From: an uncultured Roseivirgaceae bacterium
GTDB taxonomy: Bacteria; Bacteroidota; Bacteroidia; Cytophagales; Cyclobacteriaceae
Length of the DNA: 64,000 nucleotides
Assembly (NCBI GenBank): GCA_964429655.1
Contig: CAYSCZ010000005.1
Coordinates: 28,774-92,773, forward strand
Direction of reading: 5' to 3'
This document shows positions 30,248 through 40,745 of the stretch, in pieces. The translations under genes and the position numbers were made by a program. The first letter of the stretch is position 1, and the number at the start of each line of letters is the position of its first letter. Below the pieces are notes generated by a model. It searched no databases, was not told where the DNA came from, and worked only from the letters and a program-made list of their open reading frames with translations.

Positions 30248-31498
30248 ATGGAAAACCCTGAAGTTGTTATAGTCGGAGCCGGAATAGCAGGACTTATAGC
30301 AGCCATTCACCTGGAAAAATCTGACATTCATCCATTGATCATAGAAAAAGACGATAGACCTGGCGGAAGAGTTAAGACTTACCAGGAAAGTGGATTTCTC
30401 TTGGATCATGGATTTCAGGTTTTGCTCACAAACTATCCTGAGACACGTAAATATCTAGATTATGAGCGTTTATCCTTAAAAACTTTTCAGCCCGGGGCCA
30501 TAATTTTATCTGATAACAAGATCAAAAAGCTTGGTAACCCGCTGAAAGAAAAAAAATTACTTTGGCCAACTATTCGCTCATCTGCAGCTACATTTTCAGA
30601 TAAAATGAAGCTATGGTCGATAACCAATAAGCTCAAAAAAAGATCTATTGAAAAAATATTCGATGATGAAGATATCAGAACCTCGGAATTTTTAAAAAAT
30701 CAAGGCTTCAGTGATAAAATCATAAAGAGCTTCTTCACGCCTTTTTTCAGAGGCATTTTCCTGGAAAAAGAATTAGATACTAGCAGCAGGATGTTCCAGT
30801 TTGTATTAAAAATGTTTGCTGAAGGTTATGCCGCAATACCTGCTAATGGAATTGAGGAAATAACCATACAATTATATAGTAAACTTAAAAATTCAAAATT
30901 CAGGTTTAACAGCCAGGTTGACCAAGTAGGCTTAAATACATTAACCTTAATGGATGGTGAAGAAATAAATTTCTCGAAACTTATTGTAAGTACAGAGCCA
31001 TCGTCAATTATTCCTGCGCTGCATGGTCAATTTAAGTCCCCTAAAAAAACCACATGCTTGTATTTCGAAGCTGAAGCGTCACCAATAAAAGAAAACCTGC
31101 TTATCTTGATGAAAGACGATACCAATAAAAAAATCGTTAACAATCTTTGTGTTTTGACAGATGTAGCGGAAAGCTATTCAAAAACCAGTCAATCATTGAT
31201 TTCAGTAACATTAATTGGATTACCCGAGCTAACTAATGAGGAACTTGTTATAAAAGTGAAGTCTGAGCTAAGGCCTTATTTTAAATCTAACCTCGATAGT
31301 TGGCACTTTCTTAAAAGGTTTGATATACCTTACGCACTTCCTCATATAGATGACTTAACTTATGATATAAAGCCTTCGGAGACCAAAATCAAAGACAATA
31401 TTTTCTTGGCCGGTGATTTTTTGCTCTATCCATCCCTTAACGCAGCCATGACAAGTGGAAGAAGGGCAGCAGAAGCTTTATTAGCTTCAATAACCTAA
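30248..31498 (+). CDS. FAD/NAD(P)-binding oxidoreductase (amine-oxidase/protoporphyrinogen-oxidase-like).
   Basis: VVIVGAGIAGLIAA ... EKDDRPGGRV dinucleotide-binding N-terminus; 416 aa. Confidence 0.75.
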   Translation: MENPEVVIVGAGIAGLIAAIHLEKSDIHPLIIEKDDRPGGRVKTYQESGFLLDHGFQVLLTNYPETRKYLDYERLSLKTFQPGAIILSDNKIKKLGNPLKEKKLLWPTIRSSAATFSDKMKLWSITNKLKKRSIEKIFDDEDIRTSEFLKNQGFSDKIIKSFFTPFFRGIFLEKELDTSSRMFQFVLKMFAEGYAAIPANGIEEITIQLYSKLKNSKFRFNSQVDQVGLNTLTLMDGEEINFSKLIVSTEPSSIIPALHGQFKSPKKTTCLYFEAEASPIKENLLILMKDDTNKKIVNNLCVLTDVAESYSKTSQSLISVTLIGLPELTNEELVIKVKSELRPYFKSNLDSWHFLKRFDIPYALPHIDDLTYDIKPSETKIKDNIFLAGDFLLYPSLNAAMTSGRRAAEALLASIT

Positions 31499-31588
31499 AG
31501 ACATTTCCAGGGTTTTAAATCTTTGTTAATTTATTTGTGGATCGTATAATAATTGTTTTAATTAAGAAAATTTAAAAAGATTGGAAAT

Positions 31589-32413
31589 ATGGATAACAGA
31601 AAATTTTTACCCCTAATTATCATTGTGATCGTAGGATTGGTCGTAATAATCACTTTCGCGAACAGTATTTTCTATACAATTCAACCAGGCGAGCGTGCGG
31701 TAGCCTTTAGAAAATTCAGCGGAGGATTGGATAAGGAGAATATCCTTACACCAGGATTTGGCATTAAAGCCCCATGGAATGAAATATTCGTTTATGATGT
31801 TACGGAACAGCAGATTGAAGAAACCATGGATGTGCTTGATAAAAATGGATTAAGTATTAATGTTGATATCTCACTGAGATTCAATCCTATGTTTGACAAA
31901 ATTGGTGAATTGCATGAAATATTTCAGCGGGACTATATTAGAAGATTGGTCATCCCTGAGGTGAGGTCCACTGTGCGACAGGTTATGGGACGTTATACCG
32001 CAGAAGAAATCTATTCCACTAAACGACCGGAGGTAGAAGGTTCTATCAAAACAGAAACTGATGATATCTTAGCGGCCCCAGGCAATAATATTCAAATGCG
32101 TGCACTACTTATAAGGTCCATAAAACTACCGGACCAGATAAAAAATGCCATCGAAAACAAGCTTAAACAAGAGCAAGAAGCACTGGCGTATCAATTCAGG
32201 CTCGATAAAGAAAAAAGCGAAGCGGAAAGAAGGCGTATAATGGCTGAAGGTGAGGCAGCAGCTAACCGCATTATTAACAACAGTTTGACCGATGAACTTT
32301 TAAAAATGAGGGGAATTGAAGCCACAGAAGAATTAGCTAAATCTCAAAATGCCAAGATAGTGGTAATTGGAAATGGTACTGATGGTTTACCGCTTATTTT
32401 AGGGAATAATTAA
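31589..32413 (+). CDS. SPFH/Band 7 (prohibitin-like) family protein.
   Basis: N-terminal TM, an SPFH core (IQPGERAVAFRKFSGG), and a coiled-coil C-terminus (EALAYQFRLDKEKSEAERRR). Confidence 0.8.
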   Translation: MDNRKFLPLIIIVIVGLVVIITFANSIFYTIQPGERAVAFRKFSGGLDKENILTPGFGIKAPWNEIFVYDVTEQQIEETMDVLDKNGLSINVDISLRFNPMFDKIGELHEIFQRDYIRRLVIPEVRSTVRQVMGRYTAEEIYSTKRPEVEGSIKTETDDILAAPGNNIQMRALLIRSIKLPDQIKNAIENKLKQEQEALAYQFRLDKEKSEAERRRIMAEGEAAANRIINNSLTDELLKMRGIEATEELAKSQNAKIVVIGNGTDGLPLILGNN

Positions 32414-32462
32414 CCAATTAAAAAAGACTTAATTTATATTGAACAACCATAATAACAATTAA

Positions 32463-33749
32463 ATGTCACAGCAAGCAGAGATAAAAGTCAATGACCAAGC
32501 CTTTCAGTTGCCTATGATTGAAGGCACTGAGAATGAAAAAGCAATCGATATAAGTAAATTCAGGGCTCAATCAGGCGTTATTACTATAGATCCGGGATTT
32601 AAAAACACCGGATCTACCAAAAGTTCTATAACTTACCTTGACGGAGAAAATGGTATATTACGATATAGAGGCTATACAATAGAAGAACTGGCAGAAAAAT
32701 CTACCTTTCTGGAAGTAGCTTATTTATTGATCTATGGTGAGTTACCTACCGAAGAAGAGTTCAAAATATTCAGGCAAGATATTACTACGCATACCCTTGT
32801 TCATGAAGACATTAAGACCATTTTGGATGGCTTTCCTTCTTCTTCCCATCCTATGGGTGTTTTATCATCCTTAGTGACCGCCCTCACAGCTTTTTATCCC
32901 GAATCACTTGACCCGGGCAGATCATTTGAAGCAGCTAACCTCAGCATAATCAGAATTTTAGCAAAGATGCCGACATTTGCTGCTTGGGCATATAAAAAAC
33001 AACAGGGTCACCCCGTTAATTATCCTGACAATAGGCTGGATTATTGCTCTAATTTTCTAAAAATGATGTTTGCACTCCCAACAGATGAATACCATGTAGA
33101 TGAAAAAGTCGCTGCTGCTCTAGATAAACTCTTAATATTGCATGCAGATCATGAGCAAAACTGTTCTGCATCAACTGTGAGAATAGTTGGATCATCGCAA
33201 GCCAGTTTATACGCATCCCTTTCAGCGGGAATAAATGCACTTTGGGGCCCACTGCATGGCGGAGCTAACCAGGCAGTTATAGAGATGCTGGAAGCCATAA
33301 AAGCTGATGGTGGGGACACTGCAAAATTTATCGCCAAAGCAAAAGATAAAGAAGACCACTTCCGGTTAATGGGGTTTGGTCATCGGGTTTATAAAAACTT
33401 TGACCCGAGAGCAAAAATCATTAAAAAAGCTGCGGATGATGTCCTCGAAGAATTAGGTATTCATGATCCTGTATTGGATATAGCAAAAAGTCTGGAAGAG
33501 GTCGCTCTAAACGACGAATATTTCGTGGAAAGAAAACTCTATCCTAATGTTGATTTCTACAGCGGGATAATTTACCGGGCAATTGGTATACCTACAGAGA
33601 TGTTTACAGTGATGTTCGCTTTGGGTAGACTACCTGGCTGGATTGCTCAGTGGAAGGAAATGCGAGAAAATAAGGAACCTATAGGCAGACCACGACAAAT
33701 CTACACCGGATATAATAAAAGATCCTACGTTGAGCCTTCGATTAGGTAA
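32463..33749 (+). CDS. gltA: Citrate synthase.
   Basis: Contains GSTKSSITYLDGENGILRYRGY, GFGHRVYK, LYPNVDFYSGII; 428 aa. Confidence 0.95.
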   Translation: MSQQAEIKVNDQAFQLPMIEGTENEKAIDISKFRAQSGVITIDPGFKNTGSTKSSITYLDGENGILRYRGYTIEELAEKSTFLEVAYLLIYGELPTEEEFKIFRQDITTHTLVHEDIKTILDGFPSSSHPMGVLSSLVTALTAFYPESLDPGRSFEAANLSIIRILAKMPTFAAWAYKKQQGHPVNYPDNRLDYCSNFLKMMFALPTDEYHVDEKVAAALDKLLILHADHEQNCSASTVRIVGSSQASLYASLSAGINALWGPLHGGANQAVIEMLEAIKADGGDTAKFIAKAKDKEDHFRLMGFGHRVYKNFDPRAKIIKKAADDVLEELGIHDPVLDIAKSLEEVALNDEYFVERKLYPNVDFYSGIIYRAIGIPTEMFTVMFALGRLPGWIAQWKEMRENKEPIGRPRQIYTGYNKRSYVEPSIR

Positions 33750-33773
33750 TTGTAGAAGAGATAAAATTTATCA

Positions 33774-33803
33774 AGCCCTGAGGTTGAATCAGGGCTTTTT
33801 TTA
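33774..33803 (+). terminator. Rho-independent terminator after gltA.
   Basis: AGCCCTGA - GGTTGAA - TCAGGGCT followed by a T7 run. Confidence 0.65.
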
Positions 33804-33852
33804 TGAATCCTTATTTAAGAAGGGTATCTTTTTATTTTTTCTTGTAAACTAA

Positions 33853-34269
33853 CTAACAATACTCTTCAAAAACCTGCACTAAATGATCTGCTATAACCTC
33901 AGCAGGCCGCCCCTCTATATGGTGTCTTTCAATAAAATGCACTAAGTCACCATCTTTAAATAAGCCAATTGAGGGTGAAGATGGTGGATAAGGAGTGGTA
34001 TATTCACGTGCTTTTTCAGTAGCCTCTTTATCTACACCGGCAAAAACCGTTGCAAGCGTATCAGGCTTTTTAGAGCTTTTCTCTAATGCTAACTTTACAC
34101 CAGGCCTGGCTGAACCGGCAGCACAGCCACAAACAGAGTTAACCACTAATAAATATGTGCCTTTTTGATCTTTCAAGCTATTGTCAACTTCCTCACTGGT
34201 TTTGTATTCTTTGAACCCGATCTCTGTAAGATCACTTCTCATTGGTGTTACTAACGCTTCTGGATACAT
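33853..34269 (-). CDS. BrxA/BrxB-family bacilliredoxin (DUF1094, YphP/YqiW-like).
   Basis: VVNSVCGCAAGSARP (CGC active site), TVFAGVDKEAT, PSSPSIGLFKDGDLVHF. Closely parallels B. subtilis YphP. Confidence 0.8.
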   Translation of the reverse strand: MYPEALVTPMRSDLTEIGFKEYKTSEEVDNSLKDQKGTYLLVVNSVCGCAAGSARPGVKLALEKSSKKPDTLATVFAGVDKEATEKAREYTTPYPPSSPSIGLFKDGDLVHFIERHHIEGRPAEVIADHLVQVFEEYC

Positions 34270-34294
34270 AATATATAATTAAAGTTTAAATCAT

Positions 34295-34639
34295 TTATAA
34301 AAATCCTAACTCAAGTTTAGCCGTTTCCGACATCATCTCAGGAGAATATGGAGGATCAAAAGTAACTTCCACATGAACATCATTGATCCCATCTACTTGT
34401 TCTACTTTGGTTTTTATCTCATCGGGTATAGCTTCTGCCGAAGGACATGCCGGAGAAGTGAGTGTCATTAAAATATGAATATTATTAATCGGTAAAATAT
34501 TGATTTCATAAATCAAACCCAACTCATAAACATCTACAGGTATTTCAGGGTCATATACCGTTTTTATTGATCTGAGAATTTCTTCTTTTAGGATTAAATC
34601 CGTACTATTATCTTCAGGCATCTGTTTTTGATTTTTCAT
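34295..34639 (-). CDS. DUF59/MIP18-family Fe-S assembly protein (SufT-like).
   Basis: VYDPEIPVDVYELGLIY and LTSPACP. Terminal gene of the suf operon. Confidence 0.65.
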   Translation of the reverse strand: MKNQKQMPEDNSTDLILKEEILRSIKTVYDPEIPVDVYELGLIYEINILPINNIHILMTLTSPACPSAEAIPDEIKTKVEQVDGINDVHVEVTFDPPYSPEMMSETAKLELGFL

Positions 34640-35060
34640 TTAGCGCTAATGAATATATTTTCATCTGTTTGATCATTGAAGCAAAACCATTTGATCTTTG
34701 TGTTCCAATAAACCTATTCATGCCAATTTTCATGGGAAAATATATATCAGCATCCAGAATATCTTCTGGTTTTTGATCAGATAAAGTCCTCACTAAAAGA
34801 CTCACTAAACCTTTGGTAATACTTGTATTACTATCCGCTTCATACTTAACTTTTCCATCATTAAGATCCGCTGTTAACCAAACTTTTGATTGGCAACCTT
34901 TAACGATGTTAGCTTCAACTTTTTTATGCTCTACCATATCAGGTAACTTATATCCCAACTCGATGATATAATTAACAGCCATTTCAAGGTCTCCATCAAA
35001 AAGTGAAAACTCTTCAATAATTTCGTCTTGTATCTTATTTATTTCCTGAGTGGTCATCAA
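34614..35060 (-). CDS. sufE: SufE sulfur-acceptor protein.
   Basis: GCQSKVWL (conserved Cys) with SufE-like flanks; 148 aa. Confidence 0.8.
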   Translation of the reverse strand: MMTTQEINKIQDEIIEEFSLFDGDLEMAVNYIIELGYKLPDMVEHKKVEANIVKGCQSKVWLTADLNDGKVKYEADSNTSITKGLVSLLVRTLSDQKPEDILDADIYFPMKIGMNRFIGTQRSNGFASMIKQMKIYSLALNEKSKTDA

Positions 35061-36301
35061 ACAAACTTTTTTATTATTTGGTCTAAACCATCTATAAAAG
35101 AATCGATTTCATTTTTTGTATTATATACAGCAAATGATGCCCTTGCAGTTCCTTCAATGTTATAACGTTCCATCAAAGGCTGTGTGCAGTGGTGACCTGT
35201 TCTTACCGCAATACCTTTGGCGTCCAACATTACTCCTATATCAAAATGATGTACATTTTTTACAATAAAGGAAATGACACTTGCTTTGTTGGATGCCTCT
35301 CCCAAAATCTTTAAACCATTGATTGATTTAATTTTATCTGTTGCATAATTCAATAATTCCTCCTCATGCTTTCTTATTTTATCTTTTCCAATTTCATTAA
35401 CAAACACTAAAGCTTTTCGGAAGGCAATGACTTCTCCAATATTAGGTGTTCCCGCTTCAAACTTGTAAGGGATATTGTTAAAAGTTGTTTTATCAAAATG
35501 CACATCTTTGATCATCTCTCCTCCGCCCTGGTAGGGAGGCATAGCCTCTAACAAATTCCTTTTACCGTAGAGGACACCAACTCCAGTAGGTCCGTAAACT
35601 TTATGGGCAGAAAACACATAGAAATCCGCATTCAAATCCATTACATTTATATCTGTGTGAGGTGCAGCCTGTGCCCCATCTATCAGGACTTTAGCTCCAA
35701 CATTATGCGCTAAACGAACTACTTCACTTACGGGGTTAATGGTACCCAAAGTATTTGAAATATGCACCATCGAAACAAGCTTGGTTCTTTCAGTCAATAA
35801 AGATTTAAATCCATCTAGATCTAATTCCCCGTTTTCCAGGACAGGAACTATTTTAAGTTTTAGATTTTTCTCATCCCTAATCAGTTGCCATGGAACAATG
35901 TTGGAATGGTGTTCCATACCTGAAATAATAATTTCATCCCCTTCATTAAGGAATTTTTTACCAAATGAGTTAGCTACCAAATTTATACCTTCGGTGGTTC
36001 CTTTAGTAAATACTATCTCCTCTGGCTCGTTAGCATTTATAAAATCCCTGACAACTCTCCTGGTTTCCTCAAAAGCATTGGTTGCTCTTTCTGCAAGTGT
36101 ATGAATGCCTCTATGTATATTAGCGTTGTCTTTCTGGTAGTAGTCAACTAATGCATCAATCACAACTTTTGGCTTCTGCGAGGTGGCAGCATTGTCAAAA
36201 TAGATCAGCGGTTTTTTATTTACTTCCTGATGAAGTATCGGAAATTGTTTACGTATTGATTGAATATCTATTGAAGAGTCTACAGAAAATACTTCCGACA
36301 T
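35057..36301 (-). CDS. sufS: Cysteine desulfurase SufS.
   Basis: FDNAATSQKP, SAHKVYGPTGVGVLY (PLP Lys), and RTGHHCTQP (active-site Cys). Confidence 0.95.
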   Translation of the reverse strand: MSEVFSVDSSIDIQSIRKQFPILHQEVNKKPLIYFDNAATSQKPKVVIDALVDYYQKDNANIHRGIHTLAERATNAFEETRRVVRDFINANEPEEIVFTKGTTEGINLVANSFGKKFLNEGDEIIISGMEHHSNIVPWQLIRDEKNLKLKIVPVLENGELDLDGFKSLLTERTKLVSMVHISNTLGTINPVSEVVRLAHNVGAKVLIDGAQAAPHTDINVMDLNADFYVFSAHKVYGPTGVGVLYGKRNLLEAMPPYQGGGEMIKDVHFDKTTFNNIPYKFEAGTPNIGEVIAFRKALVFVNEIGKDKIRKHEEELLNYATDKIKSINGLKILGEASNKASVISFIVKNVHHFDIGVMLDAKGIAVRTGHHCTQPLMERYNIEGTARASFAVYNTKNEIDSFIDGLDQIIKKFV

Positions 36302-36303
36302 AC

Positions 36304-37575
36304 TTATGATATCTGATTTAAAGAATTTGAAATTTTATTTTCAAGAAATGTTTTCAATGTATCTATTTTAACCTTTGCCATTAATTCATTAGCAAAGGCT
36401 TCTAAAAGGAAAGCTTTTGCCTGAGATTTGCTTAGTCCTCTCGTTTGCAAATAAAAAATAGCATCTTCATCTAATTGACCTGTAGTGCAACCATGAGAAC
36501 ATTTTACGTCATCTGCCCATATCTCTAATTGTGGTTTTGTATGCACAACAGCATTATCAGACAAAAGAATGTTGTTATTGGATTGAAATGCATTAGTCTT
36601 CTGTGCTTGAGGTCTTACATATATCTTTCCATTGAAAACACCATTTGCTTTATCCCCGACTATTCCTTTATAAAGTTCATTACTATACGAGTTTGCAATC
36701 TTATGATCAACCGTGGTGTGATTATCAACATGTGACTGACCTTTCAATAAATATAAGCCAAACATGTTAGCTTCTACTCCTTCTCCTTCAACATCAATGT
36801 TTAGATTATTTCTTATCATACCTCCATTAAAAGTATAGGTATGATGATCAAGGGTGCTTGATTTTGATTGCTTAATACGTGTATTAAACACGCCATTAGT
36901 AGTCGGTGACTCTAATTGAATTTTATGATACTTTAATATGGCATTTTCATTGATATTAATCTCAGAATAAAAATTGTTAAACGCATCATTATTACCAAGG
37001 TCCGAAAATACTTCAATGATTGACAGTTCAGAATGCTCTTCAAGTTCTATTAATGTTCTTAAATAGTTAATCGGACTAGAATTTCTTTTATTAGTGAGAT
37101 TGTATATAATTATTGGTTTATCAATAACTTTATTTTTGTTTATACTTATCCTGTAGGTATTGATTGATAAGGCTTTATTTAATACGGCAAAAGGGTCTTT
37201 TTCCTCTTTATCTTGCCCATTGGATCGGCTTTTCAAAATATCAAAACTCACTTCTGTCTTTAGCTCCTCCAAATCTGATATATCAGTTCTTAAACGACCA
37301 TTTTCAAAAAATAGCTTTATACCCTCAAGATGTTGAATAAGATATGGACTAAAATCAGCAGCATCAATATTTGGATTATGTAAATGATAAGTATTGTCTA
37401 AAACAGGTTTAAAATTAGTGTATTTATATTCTTCATATTTCCTTGTAGGAATGCCAATTGATTTGAATTCCTTAATTGAATTCAATCTTGACCCTATCTC
37501 TTTCTCATCTAGGTTGTTATTCGCTTTTATTTTATCAAAGTGTTGATCAATTTGGTCTAAAAAATGATTGTTCAT
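36304..37575 (-). CDS. sufD: Fe-S cluster assembly protein SufD.
   Basis: C-terminal beta-helix region with CSHGCTTGQLDEDAIFYLQTRGL. Position in the operon also supports the call. Confidence 0.85.
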   Translation of the reverse strand: MNNHFLDQIDQHFDKIKANNNLDEKEIGSRLNSIKEFKSIGIPTRKYEEYKYTNFKPVLDNTYHLHNPNIDAADFSPYLIQHLEGIKLFFENGRLRTDISDLEELKTEVSFDILKSRSNGQDKEEKDPFAVLNKALSINTYRISINKNKVIDKPIIIYNLTNKRNSSPINYLRTLIELEEHSELSIIEVFSDLGNNDAFNNFYSEININENAILKYHKIQLESPTTNGVFNTRIKQSKSSTLDHHTYTFNGGMIRNNLNIDVEGEGVEANMFGLYLLKGQSHVDNHTTVDHKIANSYSNELYKGIVGDKANGVFNGKIYVRPQAQKTNAFQSNNNILLSDNAVVHTKPQLEIWADDVKCSHGCTTGQLDEDAIFYLQTRGLSKSQAKAFLLEAFANELMAKVKIDTLKTFLENKISNSLNQIS

Positions 37576-37590
37576 AGTCTTATTAATTGT

Positions 37591-38349
37591 TTACACAGCG
37601 GGTATAATTTCATTTTTTACCCAATCATAACCCTTTTCTTCAAGTTCAAGAGCCAGTGATTTATCTCCAGACTTAACGATTCTGCCGCCATAAAGTACAT
37701 GAACATAATCCGGAACTATATATTCCAACAACCTTTGATAGTGAGTAACAACTATTGATGCATTCTCTGTGGTTCTAAGCTCATTGACGCCATTTGCCAC
37801 TATTTTCAATGCATCGATATCAAGACCTGAATCAGTTTCATCAAGGATGGATAATTTGGGCTCCAGCATTGCCATTTGGAATATTTCATTTCTCTTTTTT
37901 TCACCACCTGAAAAACCTTCATTTAAGGCCCTGCTTAACAATGATTGATCAATATCAACCAGTTTCATTTTCTCTTTCATTAATTTAAGAAAGGAGACGG
38001 CGTCGAGTGGTTGTTGCCCCCTATGTTCCCGGATTTGATTGATTGCTGTTTTTAGAAAATTTGTTGTACTTACACCTGGAATTTCGACCGGATACTGAAA
38101 AGCTAAAAAAATACCTATCCTTGCCCTTTCCTCTGTAGCCATATCCAATAAATCCTGCCCACAATAGGTGACAGTCCCCTGAGTAACTTCAAAGTTTTCT
38201 TTTCCAGCAAGTACTGATGCTAAGGTACTCTTACCAGATCCATTAGGCCCCATTATTGCATGGACCTCCCCAAAATTTACATTTAAGTTAACGCCTTTTA
38301 ATATTTCCTTATCTTCTATACTTACGTGAAGATTATTTATAGTCAACAT
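37591..38349 (-). CDS. sufC: Fe-S cluster assembly ATPase SufC.
   Basis: GPNGSGKSTL, LSGGEKKRNEI, and 252 aa. Confidence 0.95.
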   Translation of the reverse strand: MLTINNLHVSIEDKEILKGVNLNVNFGEVHAIMGPNGSGKSTLASVLAGKENFEVTQGTVTYCGQDLLDMATEERARIGIFLAFQYPVEIPGVSTTNFLKTAINQIREHRGQQPLDAVSFLKLMKEKMKLVDIDQSLLSRALNEGFSGGEKKRNEIFQMAMLEPKLSILDETDSGLDIDALKIVANGVNELRTTENASIVVTHYQRLLEYIVPDYVHVLYGGRIVKSGDKSLALELEEKGYDWVKNEIIPAV

Positions 38350-38369
38350 AAATTACATGATTTTAATAG

Positions 38370-39815
38370 TTATCCTACACTACCTTCAAGGGTGAGCGCT
38401 AATAATTTTTGTGCCTCAACTGCAAACTCCATTGGCAATTGGTTAAGCACTTCTTTTGCATAACCACTTACAATTAAGGCAATAGCACTTTCTTCATCAA
38501 GTCCACGTTGGGTACAGTAAAATATTTGATCCTCCCCAATTTTTGATGTGGTGGCTTCATGTTCTACCTGTCCGGATGTGTTTTCAACATCTATATAGGG
38601 AAATGTATGTGCACCACATTTATCACCCATCAATAGTGAATCACACTGTGAGAAATTCCTGGCATTTTCTGCCCGTTTCATCACCTTCACCTGGCCGCGG
38701 TAGCTGTTTTGTGATTTTCCTGCTGAAATACCTTTAGAAACAATCCTGGATTTAGTATTTTTCCCGATGTGTATCATTTTAGTTCCGGTATCTGCCTGTT
38801 GATAGTTATTTGTCACAGCAACAGAATAGAATTCTCCAGATGAATTATCACCTTTTAAAATACAGGATGGATATTTCCAGGTGACCGCCGATCCAGTCTC
38901 TACCTGAGTCCAAGATATCTTTGAATTGTTACCGGCACAGATTCCTCTTTTGGTAACGAAATTATAAATACCGCCCTTACCCTCCTTGTTTCCCGGGTAC
39001 CAATTCTGCACAGTGGAATATTTAACTTCTGCATTTTCTGCAGCATATATTTCAACAACGGCTGCATGAAGTTGGTTTTCATCCCTCATAGGAGCAGTAC
39101 AGCCCTCTAGATAACTCACGTAAGCGTTATCCTCTGCTACGATCAATGTTCTCTCGAATTGACCGGTGTTAGCTGCATTAATCCTAAAATAAGTAGACAA
39201 CTCCATGGGGCATCTTACCCCTTTAGGTATGTAGCAAAAAGATCCATCAGAAAAAACGGCGCTGTTTAGGGCAGCGAAATAATTATCACTGGCTGGTACA
39301 ACAGAACCCATGTATTTCTTTACTAACTCAGGGTGATTATGCACTGCCTCACTAAAAGAACAAAATATAATACCTAATTCAGACAGTGTCTCTTTAAATG
39401 TTGTAGCAACAGAAACAGAGTCTATCACGGCATCGACTGCGACCCCCGTTAATCTTTTTTGTTCCTGTAAAGAGATACCAAGTTTTTCAAAAGTTTCTAA
39501 TAACTCAGGATCTACCGCATCAAGACTGCTAAGCGCAGCTTTTTGTTTAGGCGCTGAGTAATATTTTATGGATTGATAATCAATTACAGGATATTTTACA
39601 TTTGCCCACTCAGGCTCCTTCATTTTTATCCACTGTCTGAATGCTTTCAATCGCCATTCTAGCATCCATGTTGGCTCGTTTTTCTTTTCGGATATAAAAT
39701 GTATTGTATCTTCAGTAAGTCCCAAAGGCGCTTCATCAACTTCAAGATCTACAGACCATCCATGTTCATATTCCTTTGAAGTAAATTCCTCTAATATTTG
39801 ATTGTCTTTACTCAT
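38370..39815 (-). CDS. sufB: Fe-S cluster assembly protein SufB.
   Basis: 481 aa with the conserved SufB C-terminus ([21 protein letters not shown] ... [11 protein letters not shown]). Confidence 0.95.
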   Translation of the reverse strand: MSKDNQILEEFTSKEYEHGWSVDLEVDEAPLGLTEDTIHFISEKKNEPTWMLEWRLKAFRQWIKMKEPEWANVKYPVIDYQSIKYYSAPKQKAALSSLDAVDPELLETFEKLGISLQEQKRLTGVAVDAVIDSVSVATTFKETLSELGIIFCSFSEAVHNHPELVKKYMGSVVPASDNYFAALNSAVFSDGSFCYIPKGVRCPMELSTYFRINAANTGQFERTLIVAEDNAYVSYLEGCTAPMRDENQLHAAVVEIYAAENAEVKYSTVQNWYPGNKEGKGGIYNFVTKRGICAGNNSKISWTQVETGSAVTWKYPSCILKGDNSSGEFYSVAVTNNYQQADTGTKMIHIGKNTKSRIVSKGISAGKSQNSYRGQVKVMKRAENARNFSQCDSLLMGDKCGAHTFPYIDVENTSGQVEHEATTSKIGEDQIFYCTQRGLDEESAIALIVSGYAKEVLNQLPMEFAVEAQKLLALTLEGSVG

Positions 39816-39967
39816 AAAGTATGTTTTGAATTATTTAAATTTTTAATTCAGGTATTTTAACTCACTTAATCTCTATAATGTTTAACCAAAGCTAAACTTA
39901 TTTGTAATAATTCTAAATTAAATGTGTATTTTTTATTTAATTCATAGCAATAACAGCCTGAGGAATA

Positions 39968-40429
39968 CTAAAATTTTAGATGCCGGTTAAGACTTTCTTC
40001 CAGGGATATAAAAGTCTCTGTACGTTCAATGCCCTCTACGTATTGTATTTTATCATGCAAAACATCTCTCAGATGACGGGTGTCTTTGCAGTGGATTTTC
40101 AAGAAAATATTATAATCACCGGTTGTGTAATGAACTTTCACCACTTCTGGAATTGATCTTAATTTTTTTACAACGTCATCATACAATGAGCTTTTTTCCA
40201 GGTAAATACCTAAAAAGCAAGTAACATCATAACCCAGTTTTGTATAATCCATTTTTAAAGTTGTACCCGTAACCACCCCCATCTCCTCAAGTTTTTTCAT
40301 TCTAACGTGGACAGTACCTCCTGATACATAGACTTTTTTAGCTACTTCTGTATAAGGAATCTTAGCATCCTCCATTAGGATGTTAAGTATCTTTAAATCT
40401 ACATTATCAATTTCATAATTTTTACTCAT
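39968..40429 (-). CDS. Lrp/AsnC-family transcriptional regulator.
   Basis: DLKILNILMEDAKIPYTEVAKKV HTH followed by a RAM domain; 153 aa. Confidence 0.85.
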   Translation of the reverse strand: MSKNYEIDNVDLKILNILMEDAKIPYTEVAKKVYVSGGTVHVRMKKLEEMGVVTGTTLKMDYTKLGYDVTCFLGIYLEKSSLYDDVVKKLRSIPEVVKVHYTTGDYNIFLKIHCKDTRHLRDVLHDKIQYVEGIERTETFISLEESLNRHLKF

Positions 40430-40570
40430 TACAAGAGGGGTTTATTTTGAAATATTTAACCTAGCATTGGTAAAATTATACAGTCTCTATTTTTTCAACA
40501 AATTTATTGATAAAATTTTAATAAAAATAAAAGAATATTACTTTTGGATTATAATTAGTTCTATTCATAA

Positions 40571-40710
40571 TGTAGGATGATGAAATTGGCAGACATACCC
40601 TCCTGTCTCGGGGGCGAGGATCATGGGACAAACATTATTTCTGATTTGGATCCTTCTGGATCAGAAATAGTGCTAACTACCTCGTGGAGGTTCGAATCCT
40701 TCTCCTACAG
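40571..40710 (+). ncRNA. Atypical tRNA-like RNA (about 140 nt, tRNA-Asp(GUC)-like 5' half and canonical T-arm, split by a ~70-nt insertion).
   Basis: Acceptor TGTAGGA/TCCTACA. D-arm with A14, G18G19 and A21 (ATGA-AATTGGCAG-ACAT). Anticodon stem CCCTC/GGGGG with loop CTGTCTC (U33, anticodon GTC). A 9-bp hairpin (ATTTCTGAT/ATCAGAAAT) sits in the expanded variable region. T-arm GGAGG-TTCGAAT-CCTTC, discriminator G, no encoded CCA. Confidence 0.35.
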
Positions 40711-40745
40711 CGATCATTTTTGGGTTAATGTTGTTTATTGATAAT

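Noticed and set aside
40571-40710. Interpreting the tRNA-like element as tmRNA (ssrA).
   Set aside because: It is too short (about 140 nt versus 350+). It has no tag-peptide reading frame ending in ...ALAA and no GGGG 5' acceptor.
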